From Perna viridis (taxonomy: Eukaryota): DNA of 64,000 nucleotides. Below are positions 36,210 to 50,156 of this stretch, one piece after another (the first letter of the stretch is position 1; each line of letters starts with the position of its first letter). The notes beneath the pieces were generated by a model that did not search any database, was not told the origin of the DNA, and saw only the letters and a program-made list of their open reading frames with translations. Both the position numbers and the translations under genes were made by a program. The stretch covers positions 34,654,885 through 34,718,884 of the forward strand of contig CM074513.1 in NCBI GenBank assembly GCA_037379345.1. The letters are read 5' to 3'.

Positions 36210-39200
36210 ATCAATTTTCAAGACTTTATAAAATGCTAAGGGCTTCCAAAGTGTTTAAAATCAATTTTGCAGGTACTATTTATTGCACTTATCTCTCCAT
36301 TGCCAAAAAAAGCAAAAAATCAGTACACTGTGAAAATTGATACATTAACAGTTATAGCTTATGACATCCTACAGTTATTGTTATACACGTTTGGCAGGTC
36401 TTTGTTAATGGCTTGCATAGGATTTTAGGATGTATGGGTATTCAGTTCAGCATTCTGTTACCACACAGTTTGAAGGGTTAAACTCCTGACAGAGAATAAA
36501 AGGCGTTTTTGCACCTTAAATTGCAGATAATACTGTGCATAGAATTATAATCTGTTTATGGCATGAAACCTTCATAGCTATACAATAAGCCAGTTAGTAG
36601 AATTTATAAGTGGATTAAGTATGCCATAAGGATGTTAAATTCCATCTTTTATTTAACTATAAGGAAAGTATTTTTGGCATCAAATAAATAAAATATAAAC
36701 CAATGGGAGGGACAAAAGCACGAAATAGATTTATAAAGTTTTTACACAATATAACTATTCACTACTAAAATATATGAAATTTTGAAGATATTTCAGTCAT
36801 TACGAAAAAGATAAAACTATTAAGTGCTCTATAAATTGTTATTGTTAAATGTATTTCTCGCAGTTTGATGACTTGGATATCATTACATTGAAAGACCTTT
36901 TTAGATCTCAGTATTTGTGAATCATTTTGTTCCTTCAATCACCTACTTAGTTCTGTCACCCAAGCTTACTATGTCTTAATTGATTTTCATTTTCCTTATT
37001 TAGATCACAGTGGAGAAATCTTGTTATTTAAATTATAAAATTTAAAATACTTTCATTTATTTATAAAATAGTAACTGTTCAGTTTATTTAATTTGTTCTT
37101 TTAATTCCAAATTGTATGTAACAAGGCTAAGCAAAGGGAGGTCACTCTTCTCTTTGATATTGTCGTCCAGATGTGCCTTTTATGACTTAGATATTTTTTT
37201 TCTGCATATATTTATTGAAACAAATTGCAGCTGACAAAGAATTGGCAGTAACATTTATTAGGAGTTAATAAACTAATAATTCTCTTCTTGTATGTGTCAG
37301 ATTACAGCTAAACTTGGCAACAGTATTATACAAGGCAATTGTTTTTCTTTAACAAAAAAGAGCTAACAAATGTTCCTATATAACACCTTGCATACCTGAG
37401 AGGTAATTATTGAAGGTATGAATTGGATATGTTCTTTGTTTCAGAGGGAGAACAAATAACCAGATTATAGTACATGCTTGAGAGTTCAATCATGATGGAT
37501 GGTATCATTACAGAATAACAGGTAAAAATGCTCAACTCATGATAGCCTTCATTTTTCAACATGTCCAATTTCTTGTTAACAATTATTACCTACTGTGACC
37601 ACCCACACATTTAGAAATATGGACTATTATGATTAATTAACATTTAGTACAGTTAAGGGTCATTTTAGTTGACTTCTGTTTTAATATGAATTATAATTGT
37701 TATTAAAAAGGAAGAAGAAAGAAATTTTAAGGTGCCTGGAGCTATTTCTGTAAGTCAATTACTGCAATGATTTTGAACTTTAATGTTCTCGTTTAACAAC
37801 AAAGGTCTGAGCAGTGCATGTTTTGCAGTGAGGTGATTAAATGCAACTCTCCTGGCTATTCTCAATAGATTTAAAATTTTATTACAATTTCAGTAAAATT
37901 TGATTTATCTGATTAAGATCAAAACATATGATATCATGACAAGATTAACACATTCTGCAATGTTTAAGTTAAGAAAAAGAAAATACATTGTATAGATATT
38001 TTATGTTTGTGTAATCTTCTGACACCCTTATTACCGACAAGCTTTTAAGATGTATGTAGACAACACACCTGTCTCTTAGCCTACTTACAAGGGAGGCAGG
38101 CATTACACAGGGAAAATTCAAAATCTACTAGGATTCCGAACAATTCATACAGATGTACAAACAGATAACGGTACTTTACTGACACTTGAAAGTATTATAC
38201 ATGTACTTGAATTGTTTGTAAATCCTTTAATGCAGGATGAATATGCACTTCACATAACACAATAGAATAATTGACATCACACCTAAAACTTACAAATCAT
38301 CCATATATTGTGTAGGTGTTCTCTGAATCATTGTAGACTTAATTTGAGCTTGTCTTATGGTTTTCTTTAATTGGTACATAGCTGGGGGTCTGAAAGAGAC
38401 TAATGAAACAAGATGGAGTTATCAAATTTTCATAGCCAATTAAGGAGAAAAAAACAAATGTCTTGCATCATATGAAGTCATAAAACAAAACTTAAATGCA
38501 ATTTTAGAAATAAATTTAAGTAAGTATATATGAAACGGTTTTAGGGAAAGCTTGAACAAACTTGTTAAGCTAGAAATTTATTTAAAATGATTGTAATATG
38601 AAATAAAACTTCAATATGTTGTAAATATAAGGAGAATGGATAGAGGGATGAAAGATGCATGTATCGTTAAAAAAGTCATGATCGAAATTGAAAAGGAACT
38701 GAAATATAAGGAGAGGTTAGTATTGACCCATATTATTAGCCCCCTCTCCAAACTCCAGCCAGTTCTTCCTGTAAAGGAGACGAGAAGACTACAAGTTCTT
38801 ACCACTTTAGGTGCAGATATAATTGATATTAACAAATATTATTTTCTTTTGATAGTAATAAAAATAATGGTAAAGTTCTGCGTCTCGACAAGAATAGACT
38901 TTTTAACCTTATTGTTTGAAGGAATTAGAATTGAACTTTTTAACTTATGTCGGTTTAAATATAAATGGTAAGTCCACAATTATATATTCTGACACTATAA
39001 ATATATGTACTTCAGTTATAAGAAATACAGTGTAGTATGATATGACCAATATTTTTAAATCAGCTGTCAAAATTAACCAGGTTTTGTTTAAATGTTAAAA
39101 GCCTGTCAGATTTCACCAGAGGTCAGTTTATGTTTTGCTTGAAAATAAATAGAAACTTTACATGAAGTAAAAAAGCAACTCAACAAATGATGTCAGAGAT

Positions 39201-41403
39201 AAGATTTTTCAGCTTCTGTCTGCTGTAGTTGGTAGTGTTTTTACCCTTGTCAAGTGCAAGATACATTAGAAAATAAAGTTAAAAAGCATTTTTTTTTCAA
39301 ATTTTAAGTTATTTTGTATAATTTCTCATGAACTTGTGCTTTCATGACATTTGCAGGTCAGGAAACCATTTAACATAAGTAGTCCTTAGTCTGGTTGAAG
39401 TTTGTATTGTGAATATGTGTACTGCTAGCTAGGCTGTGGTGTGAACACTATTAAAGACTGTATATCATGGTCTTTCAGAGCTAGCCCAATAGTGAAAATA
39501 TAAAACATCAGAAATCTTTAGGAGACATCAGGAGGATTTTTTAAATCCCTAATATTTTTGTTATGGTGTTTGACTGGCTCCATGGAATTGCCCCTCTTCT
39601 GTTTTTACATGGTAATAACCCACAATGTCATAAAAAGCCCATTAAAATCACACAATCTTCACTTTCAGCCTGGAAGAATAGACCATTTCTGACTTCCCCT
39701 CTTTGAAGAGACTGCTATAAATATAAAATGATAGATCTGTAGATATTCATACAAAGGCAGGTGAAAGGCATCAGATAAATGATGTGTTAGACTTGATTCA
39801 TGTTTTTTAAGGTGTTACATTTGCCCTCCAGAAGACAAATTGTAAACACAAATTAGATCATCATGATTCAATCTCGAAGTTTTTATTGAGACTATTAGGC
39901 AGATGTGTTTTTGTACTAACCTTAAATTATCCAGAAAAAAATTTTTGCATTTATTTCTATTATAACTTTAAGGTTTTGCACCTTTATCAGATTTAAGGTG
40001 GGGTGAATTCCAGAACTTTTTTTCAGCTGTTGGAAATTTCTATTTCTGAGAATTTTTTGTCAGTACATTAATTTAGAATTATTTTCATTTTGATATGTTA
40101 CTTGAATTCCATTTTTTCAGGCCAGTTTTTCTTCAGCAACTTTTTTAACATTTTCTGACATGATTTTTTACTCCCCTTAGAGTCAAGTTTTGATGTTGCA
40201 TTGTTCTTTGAATAGAAGTATAGCAATTTTATTCCACCAGAGATGTGCTATTGAATAAGCCATGAATTAGGATATAGCAGAACCATTTAATGCTAATATT
40301 GATTTTTTTTAATTTTAAGTAAGCATTGCTCAATTGACAGTAATAAGAAAGCCAGGCTTTGCAGGTTTAATTCAAAACACTTATAGTAGAGCTAGGGTTA
40401 TATGCTTTTGATACAACAAAGTTTATTTGAAAAAAAAACTTCAAAGCAGAGCAGGTCGCTTTGGTTGCCAAGTTTATTTAAAAAAAGCATCCCAAAAACT
40501 CATCTAGACAAATTTGTTTCATCATTGTAAATAATTGTATGAATCTGTTCTGTAATGATAAATAGTAAGTGGATAATTAGGCAGGAGTCTTTAGTAACCC
40601 ATTGAAAACCTATAAATCTTGTTAGGTGGAAAGATGTACACAGACAGAGAATAATTAGTCTACAATCTACCACCTGTTATATCATCACTTACTACACTCT
40701 CTCCCTACTTTTGGCTTTACTGCAACTTTGTCATTTTGTGGAGTAGAAATGTTGACATGTTTTTGTTACATTTTTCAAACCATCTACACAATAGTCACAG
40801 TTGCTTGGAACAGTTTCTTACTGTCACTTCGCAATTTTCTGCTAGAATCTTTGTTCTCTTGATCACTCTTTTAAAAACACATAATTTGTCTCTTGTCCTG
40901 CATAACAGCTAAAGACTATATAATTCAGCATACTAACCATTCTTCCATCCTTCAGAAATTTGTTTTACCAGGCATAATTTTTGTCAGCCTTCATAAATTA
41001 CTGGAATTTTATTCAGATGATGGTTTTAGGTATTAGGAAGACACCTTCTAATCTTAGGTCAGTAAGTCTGGGGTCAAGGTCAAAAATTTATTTCCTATTC
41101 ATAACTTCTGTATTTCTCCATGGATATCAACAATTTTTTTACATTTTAAAGGTTTAAGTAATAAGGAGCACCTATTGCTGTGGGGTCAGTAGGTCATAGG
41201 TCAAGGCACAATATTCTACTAAATAAATTTGTTGCTGGTAGAAAGGAGTCCTAGAGCACTACTCTCTTTAAAGCAAGTGAAAGAATATCAATTTTTAGTA
41301 CTGGGGTAATTAAACTACACTTATAAATAATCAAGACAATTCTTTCAACTTTTTTATTGAATACTTTCTTTGTATCCACATTATGAAGTGTTTGTTGGGA
41401 TAC

Positions 41404-41602
41404 CTTACCCTACCGGTGCACCTGGTCCATGCTCCCAGTTTTTAGTGGAGTCCAAGTTGCTCAGTTGCTTTTGTTACTTTGTATGTATGATTTTAGTTAC
41501 TTTATGTTCTTTGTTGTGTATGTCTGTTTTCCATGTCTGGTCTTTGTCCCTGGATTACATTTTTTTGATTACGGGCTATAACCTTGGTTCTCTTGATTAC
41601 CC
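41404..41602 (+). mobile_element. Interspersed retroposon/SINE-like repeat, copy 3
   Basis: Reverse-complement match to copies 1 and 2. Confidence 0.7.
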
Positions 41603-44600
41603 TACACAAGTAAACTTAAAGTAACCTTACACTAGATTTATTACTGGTTGCTACATGTAGTGTGTGATGATTTACTCCTTCAATGGTGAGTTAATTAGAT
41701 AAGTATCTATACATGTTAGATAATGCCCCACCTGGTCTGGTCAGCTATTGATTCATACAGTTGGTTCTGACAATATCTACAACAGTGTGATAATTCAATT
41801 GTTACAGTTCATGGATAGTGATAAATTGTATGAGGGGATTAATAGTTCCAAACATGCTTAGAATTGGGTTACTTTTTCCCTTGTTTGTATAGTGATAAAA
41901 ATATAAGTAGAAATAAGGACTGTGAAGTATTCCATATCAAATCCACCTCAAACACAGTACAGTAACGGCTATAACTTGTAAATCTCTCTTGACAAATTTT
42001 TACATGGGAAAAATAACTGAAATTCTCAATTTATTCTAAGATTCATGACTACAACAAAAAGCTTATTTCTTTAGGTGTAAATAGAATGTAAAATTGAATT
42101 GAAGGCTTTTGATTAATGTATAATGTTTTTGTTTGTTTTTTTTTTTGGTTGGAGTCTTTGTAATTACATAATTGTAAAGCTACCTTCTATAAGAACACTT
42201 CGTTGATATTTCCAACACTATTCCAGTTAAAGTAATAAAGTGGTATGGTTTTGTCTATATAGTACATTAATCACTTTGAGGTATATTCAATCAAAGTAAA
42301 AAAAATAAAATTCTTTTTATACTTGTCAAAATGATAGTTATATGATTACATCAAGAGGATGCTAAATATTATCATAAATTGAAATTTAGAATAGGTTAAT
42401 GTATGTAGATGGATAAGCATCATGGATTCTAACCACAACAGGTTGAACATTGAATACAAAATTCACAAGTGTATTTTGAAGTTTTGGCATGCTGCAGTTT
42501 TCTATTCATTCACATTGAAGTCATGAATGTTATGGTTAGTCTCCCTCAGCTAACAATTTCCAAAGTAAGGTAAATATTTCAGTATAAACCTTTTATTAGA
42601 TGTTTTATATTCATGGAGCAATCATCTGTAACCAAAGCTCCCATGGTGAAACTCAATAGTGACCAACCTATAAGTCTTGATTTAGAGTTGACTCAAAGAA
42701 TTCTGATAAAGGCCATTTAGATTAATATTCCATCATGAACAAATACCTTGCTCTGAAAGACACCAAATATAATTTAGGATGATAATGAAAAGTAGTTTAT
42801 ACTCATTTATTAAATTTCTTTCCAATTTTGACAGTTGTTAATAGGAAAATTCCTCATCATTTTACCAATGTAATAGATGGACCAGCAGATTTATCGTGTA
42901 TTTCGTGGAATATTAAAATCATACACATCATTTAACATGGAAACTCAAACTGTTTATGTCCACTTTATTCTTAAACTTTGTTAGATTATATTAAATCATC
43001 AAGCAATTCTAACTTCTATTAAAAAATAAATGAAAAGTTCTATAGTCAACTTTAAAAAAAATTTTGGAATCACTATTGCTAAACTGGATTGTTATTTGAT
43101 GTTGAAAATAGGTGATTTTTTAGCAACTTTTCGATCTTTTAATTCACAAATAAGTTCATAAGATATTATTTTAGCAAGTGCTGTATTTTTAACAGTTTTT
43201 GTTAAAGTTGTTTCCCACCATCTTTTATGATGATACCACTTGTATGTTTGCTACATACCCCAATAGTCACTACCTCTAACTGTTAATATGTGCATGTACT
43301 GTCAGTAATTGTCATCTTTTAATTATTAGTCTTGTATTAGTTTGTGGTTTTATTGGTTGGTATTTTTTTAAAAGCAAAAAAAAAAAAAGGCTGGTATGTG
43401 AATTTTATCTAATTTGTTGACGGAATACAAGAAACACTTAGATATCACTACAAATAACACATTTTCAGTATAATTTATATGGCCATTGACATTTTGATTT
43501 GGTAACAGTTGACAATAATTCCTTTGTAGTCTTAGGTTGAATTTCTTAATTTTTTACTCCCAGAGTTCAATTGGGTGTTTGAATTCCTTTGATAATGTTA
43601 AAGCTTTATTTGTACTGAAAATATCCCTCAGACTATGTGATTTTTTTGCTATTTTGTATGAAGGTGTGAATTTATAAATATTTATATTTTGTCCAGCACA
43701 AATAGCCAAATTTTAATTAGATATTCTACAAAGGGGAGGGAAAAGTGATTGACCGAAGTTTAAGTTATGAGATATTATCCAGTCTCCTGATTTCAATCTG
43801 ATTTTCTTTGTTACTTACCAGGTGGGAGTTTAAACAAACTACACATTTTAATGTAACCTTAACTCTAATGGGAGGGTTCATGAAAACGAAATCTTTGCTT
43901 TGGTATGAAAATATTTACTTTTAGTGCTTTTAATGAAAAAAAGATATTTCAGGATGTGTGATTACATGTAACTTTGATCATTAATCCATTTCAGTCCATG
44001 TGTAGTCGGGTGATTTAACTAAATCCATTGTTCAGGATTTACTAAAGTAAACAAAACTTTAAACAGGGGGGTCACAAAAGTTACTCATTTTAAACTCTGG
44101 TTTTTAATTATATACTTTGGGTATTTTCATATTATTTTGTAGTCAATACATCATTGTGATTCAGCATCTTTGCTGGAGGTGCGTTTGATTGCTGTATCAC
44201 GGTCATGCATGTGGAGTCTAAATATAGATCCTTGATTTTATCAGCAATTTAAAGTTAATAATTTTGTAGCTGGTTTAAGATCCTAACATTATTAAAATAA
44301 TATGTAGTTGGGATGTACCTGTTTAAGCAATAAGTCTTTAAATTGAAAATACCCCAAAATATCAAAATTACTATGGATGATTTATTTTGTACAAAACTTA
44401 TGTATTTAATTTTACTTTGATTTTAAATAGTGAAGTGACTGCAGATGCTTTTAAGTAAACAATTACTATGAAATGTCTGAAAATGTATCCAATTTATTAT
44501 TTTAAATGATGAAAGAATCTGGCTGGTCACATGCATGTTACAAGAAAGCATATTCTACTGACTATGGTGGGAATCCACAGGGACAGACTTCATGACTTAC

Positions 44601-45000
44601 TTCCATGTGTCTTTGTGTGTTGTGTCGATATTTGACTTCTTAGTTTATTTCTGTTTTCAAAGATTTTATTACTTTTGTTGTTGGGGCCTTTAAGAGCTTA
44701 CTTAAAGATGTGTTTACACTTATTGAAGACCTTTTGGTGATCTCTGAAAGTATTTACTATTTTTATAAATGTTGTATATTGGTGCATTAATTGTGTTTCA
44801 CCATATCTGTTCCTCTTTCTATCAGGAGGCATGTGCTCTACAGCTTGGATTGCATTACTTTGTTACTTTTTTTAGAAGCAATTACATTGATGCACATCAT
44901 AACCAAGAACAAGAAAACCAGTAATCATGACATTCTGATGTTAACAGTTTATTTTAACTAATAAATGATGAATTTTCGAAGTTTATTTTTGTATTTTTAC

Positions 45001-45036
<36 letters not shown>
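45001..45036. repeat. (AGTT)9 microsatellite
   Basis: Perfect tetranucleotide run. Confidence 0.95.
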
Positions 45037-46999
45037 GTCAATAATTGTTAGTAGAGGAACTTTTATGTCTACAATGACCAGAAGATATGGTAGGCAAGTA
45101 ATCTGGTTCCCTAGTCAATATCATAAGTGACCCTAGGATCAACATATACATGTAATTGAGAAGAACTTGTGGAACAAAAATATTACCCAGGCTTCCAGGT
45201 TACGCAGGCAAGCTGCCCTGTTTTATGTCTGAAAACAGTAACTTCATGAGACAAGTACTAGTGCCATAAAATTTAAAACAATAAATCAAATCTAATGTAC
45301 TATGAAATGTGACATCTTAAAATCACAAAATTCTGATTGGAACTTGCACAGAACTTTTAAAATGCTCTCAGATTAAAGAATTTTGTATGTCTTGTGGCAT
45401 CTGAGCCAGTTCTTTGTAATATAATATATCTTTTTCACTCCACTATTTAATTAGGGTGCATTCTACATAGAGCCTTAAATGTACAGTTATTGTAAGATCA
45501 GACTCAATTGAATAATACAGTAGTTATATGAAAGTGTTCCTGAATGGTAATGATAGTCTGAATTCTTTCTTTCTGCAATGCCTATTACTTGGTACCTGGG
45601 TGTACAGTAAGACATAATCTGTTAATTTAAGTGGTGTAATCTGTGTAATAGGTACCAATGAGTTGGGATGATCCTTACTTATTGAAGAGGAACCTTAAGC
45701 ATACAGCAGTTAAGTGGATTGTCATGAATGATATTCGTATTTGAGTAATATAGTCTCTTCAACATATAACAGTAGTAGAAAAAGCTTACTTTATATGGAC
45801 ATGTTATTGGAGACCAAAAATAAACATTGACCATTAAATTTCATGGTTCTATGATGGAATCCATAAAGACACAATGGGGCTGTTTGTATGTTGATGTTTT
45901 TAAATCTTGTTTACATTCTAATTATTGTTGGCTTTTCACTTTATTCAGATAAAGTATTTTCCCAATTTATTTTAGTATTATGAATATGAATATCCATTTC
46001 TTGACGTAAATGAGACCTTGTATATTGAATGGCGTTTCAATTACCTAGGTAAACTTTAATCACCAGAAAAATGTGAAAAACTTAATATTATTTGTGGAAG
46101 TCAGTGTGATATTTGTGAAAGGTTAAATATTTCTATAACGTAGACAAATATAGGTTATGATTAGATTAACGCCATAAAGCCTATCTGATCAAACAAAGAA
46201 AAATATTCACTGTGATAAATACATGCTGTCTTGTAAATATTAGGCGAGTATAGTAGTCAACCAATTATCTTGGGTGGATTCCTTGAGCTGATGGAATCAT
46301 TCCTTAATTCCAGTCATTGTATGGCAGCTCTGCATCTTAATCCCTTAATTTAGAAATTGATTATTTTCAATGTGTGCAGGCTTATTTTGAAATTTTCATT
46401 TTTATTTTCATATTTCTTTTCAGACAGGACAAAGTATTGTGTAGCTTTATTCTGTCCACCATCCTGTTGATTCATTCCTCAATCACAATTTGAATAATAA
46501 TTCAAAAATTGTTTCAGCAAATGTCATGCAAGTTTGGTGAATTATTTAAATCTGTGACAGGGCTCCCTTTCAATTTTTATAAATTTCTGATCTCAAGTTT
46601 TATAATTATGCAACTTACTTATTGATAATGGATTTTTCTTACCGAGTTCTGTCAACTTAATACCAAAAGAAAAAAGAAAAAAAAGAGGTATACATGTGCT
46701 TTTTATGGCAGCTGTTTACTGAACAGACCCCTACCTTTTTGAATTCCAGGATCCACCGTGACTACTGGTATCTTTCTAGTATACTGACCTAAAAAATATA
46801 TGTCTTATTTGTTTATGTGTGTAGGGAAGACAGTCTTTCTGACTTTTCAGCTTTCCTTCATACTCTCTATAATGAAGTTTGATCCTTTTGAAGTCCTGAT
46901 AATCAGGTAACTATCATGCTCAATGTCTTTTATGAGTCCACCCTCTAGTCAGAACTCAGAACCTTTGCTTTTTATACAATTACTCCTTTGTTTCTATTA

Positions 47000-47490
47000 T
47001 CTTAAACTCTGATTTTTCCTCATGCCATTAAATACCTTATGTACTTTTAATATTTCATTTTCAATAACAATAATACAACCAATATGATTTGAGATATCAT
47101 TCATTAAACTGGTCCAAGGACTCATCTTATTTTCATAACTTTCCAGTCCATAATTTACAGTTGTACGACGAGACTGATTCTTTTGAAACTTGTCTATTAC
47201 ACCAGATTGTTTAACAGTGAATAATTCATATTTCTCATGGATGTACAATATTTTTCTCATTTACATCTTATCTCATTAGAAGATGACCTGTGTTATGTGA
47301 TACTTGTTTGTTCTACTCTTTTTACAAATTTCTGTTTTGTTTGTTCATTGAAATTGACACCTTAACAACTTTATTTACCACCTGTTCAGGTAAACAGTAT
47401 AATAGATATCAGCCCTTTTGTTTAAAGTTGTTTTTCCAGCTCTGTTATGAATTACACTGGAATATTTTTTTGGGCCATTCAACATTTGTC
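47000..47490 (-). mobile_element. Highly decayed CR1/L2-type LINE ORF2 C-terminal remnant
   Basis: Minus-strand fragments across frameshifts, in the expected order: FQC, KLL/GVNFNEQ, TEICKK, YIHE..ELFTVKQS, RTTVNYGLESY, WTSLMNDI. Confidence 0.45.
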
Positions 47491-48180
47491 CACGTTGACG
47501 TAAATGTTGTACATATTCATTAAAAGTATGAAAAGAATAAAAATATTTTTCACCATTCAGATATTTCTTAATGACGAAAAAAAGAGATCCTGTTTATCCA
47601 TTAGTAAACTTATCAGTAATCAGCTAAATTTTTTTCCAAATACCTTTTGAAGAGGGTAGATAATTGATCAACCTACCCTTGGATATTAAACGACCTGTCA
47701 GTTGAAAGATTAATACATTTGTACTTTTATCACAATTCATTCCACCCAAAATTTTCTGTCCAGGTTGGCCAGATCTAATGGTGAAATATTTGCAAATTTG
47801 CAAATTAAATCATTCCTGGACATGTCAATTTATCAAAATTACTGGGTGGCTCCCTCATTATAAATATGATTTAACAAAATTCCTACAAATTTGATATGAA
47901 ATGCTTTGTTATGTTATTGTTGAAATTTTATAAAAGATATTCTCAAAATTGTTGGGTGTATCCTACATATTGCAACTGCACTTAGTATTGTATAGAATTT
48001 TATAAGTGAGTATGGTGAAAGGTATTATACATTCAAGTTAACAGTTTATCACTGTGAAAAGTGGTGCTCTCAAAACTTGATAATACCCCAGGCTCAAGGT
48101 ACACCCAGTAATTTCAACAATTCATCAATCTGTTTCGATAATTCTGTTGTCATATTCTACTTCATGGATGTATAAGTATA

Positions 48181-48289
48181 ATATATTTAGAAAGAAAGAA
48201 GTCATGAAGGACATAATATATTTGGAAACAAAGTCATGAAGGACATAATATGTTTGGAAGAAAGAAGTCATGAAGGACATAATATGTTT
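48181..48289. repeat. ~33-36-bp tandem repeat, 3 copies
   Basis: aagtcatgaaggacataatat occurs three times. Confidence 0.85.
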
Positions 48290-50040
48290 TATTCAGTTTA
48301 TAACTGTCAGTGCTTACAAGGTGGTTCTTCCAGTTTTTCAGGTACATGTAGTACAATTTTGTAAAACAGGTATTTTGATACCCCCATTCTATGAGTGGTG
48401 GTATATTGGAATCATTTTGTATGCCTTCCATTTCATTGCAATTTTCTTGGCTCCCAATGGATGGATTGATTAGAATGTTTTTGTGATGCTTCATATAGAT
48501 GGGGTATACTAGTATGCTGAAAGTGATATTGGTTTTTCTCTGATGTTAACTTCATGTACGAATGGGGGTATGTCTACTACGACAACACATGCAACTTTAT
48601 GCAACTTAATGTTATTATTTGGGGGAAAATTTTGAGGAATTAGAACTATTCTTTTATTCTCATTTTTATTTGTCATGATAAATTGGCACCATTAGGCATT
48701 GACTATTTTCTTCTTCAGGTGTGGGAAGGGACCTTGGCTTTTAAGAATTTTAAGAAGTTTTTATTTGGTGATCTACATTGTTTAATAATGGAAAGTAAGG
48801 CAAACACTTTTTTTCCATGGCTGAATGAAAAATAATCTTTGCTAAATATTTGTCTTAATTTTTATTCTTTTAAAAAAATTCCCAGCACCCCCTCCCTAGT
48901 AAAATGATTGGTGCATTATGTTTTAAACATGATTTTTTTTAATGCTGAAAGGCAACATCAGGTGACAAATCACATTGAGCCCAACCTCACAGGCAGATGA
49001 TACTCATCCAGATGAAATAAAAAAAATGATCTAAAGTTATACACTACAATGCTTAATTATATATTTTATATTGCTATGATTTACAAGTGAAATGTAAGCT
49101 TCATATAATGCTAATAAATATGCCACAAAAATTGTTGCCTTGCACACCTGTTCATTGGTAATGGAAAGATTGCATTTTGAATGTTGATTTACTTTCCATA
49201 TACGACCTAATATAGAAGAATGATTATAAAAAGGAAAGACACAATACAGTAATATTAAGCTTGCATGCCCCTAAATCAAAATACTTGTAGCTTTATTACA
49301 CCTCTGAACATGACCCCAGGGAATTTTAGTCTCTGCTTTTATTCAATCCCTTTAATTTACTTTTTTCATGTTAAAAATTCTGCTCAACACAAACTAGAAC
49401 AAAAGAACTTCAACATTTGAGATGTTTTCTTTTTTTCATGTTTGTTTGGATTTCAGATCATATGTACATTATGTTATCCTACAGTTTTAGTCGCTATTTT
49501 GTCAGGCGTGAAACTCCCGCCTTCATATCTCAATGATACATATTTGACAAGAAACTGAAACGTCTTCCAATGCTATTGTTACACAGACAAAGGATTCCTG
49601 ATAGTCTATCTTGTCAGTATGGTCAATTTTATGTGATTAGTTTAACCTCAGACTTTACATTGTACTATATAGTGTCGACATAAGTTCATCAGTCAGCCAC
49701 CTTACTTGTAATCTTTGGTATACAATCTGGTGTAATTTTCATAGTTTTTGTATTATAAATGTGTTTTGACTCTACCACTGATCTTTCCAAGTTATTGATT
49801 CATTACAGATTTAAGACTTTCAAAGATCCTAGTCAAGGAAAACTTAGATGGATTTCAGTAACTGTACCATAATTCACTTTTTTTTTTATATTTCTAGTTT
49901 TTAAGATGTTGGAAGGTATCAGAAAATATCATAATTCCAGTTTACAAATGAGGTTTTTTAAATGTAGATTAGGTAGAATGAACTCAGATTATAATTAAGA
50001 ATTTTGTTTCTATGGCACCGTTTCTATGAGGTAATACAAT

Positions 50041-50156
50041 TATACTTTGTCACTGTTTTTGGGAGATGTGTTACAATGTTATACTTTGTCACTGTTTTTG
50101 GGAGATGTGTTACAATGTTATACTTTGTCACTATTTTTGGGAGATGTGTTACAATG
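50041..50156. repeat. 39-bp tandem repeat, 3 copies
   Basis: tatactttgtcactgtttttgggagatgtgttacaatgt at 50041, 50080 and 50119. Confidence 0.9.

Noticed and set aside
38636-38971. 111-aa plus-strand ORF
   Set aside because: No recognisable motif and no convincing splice context.
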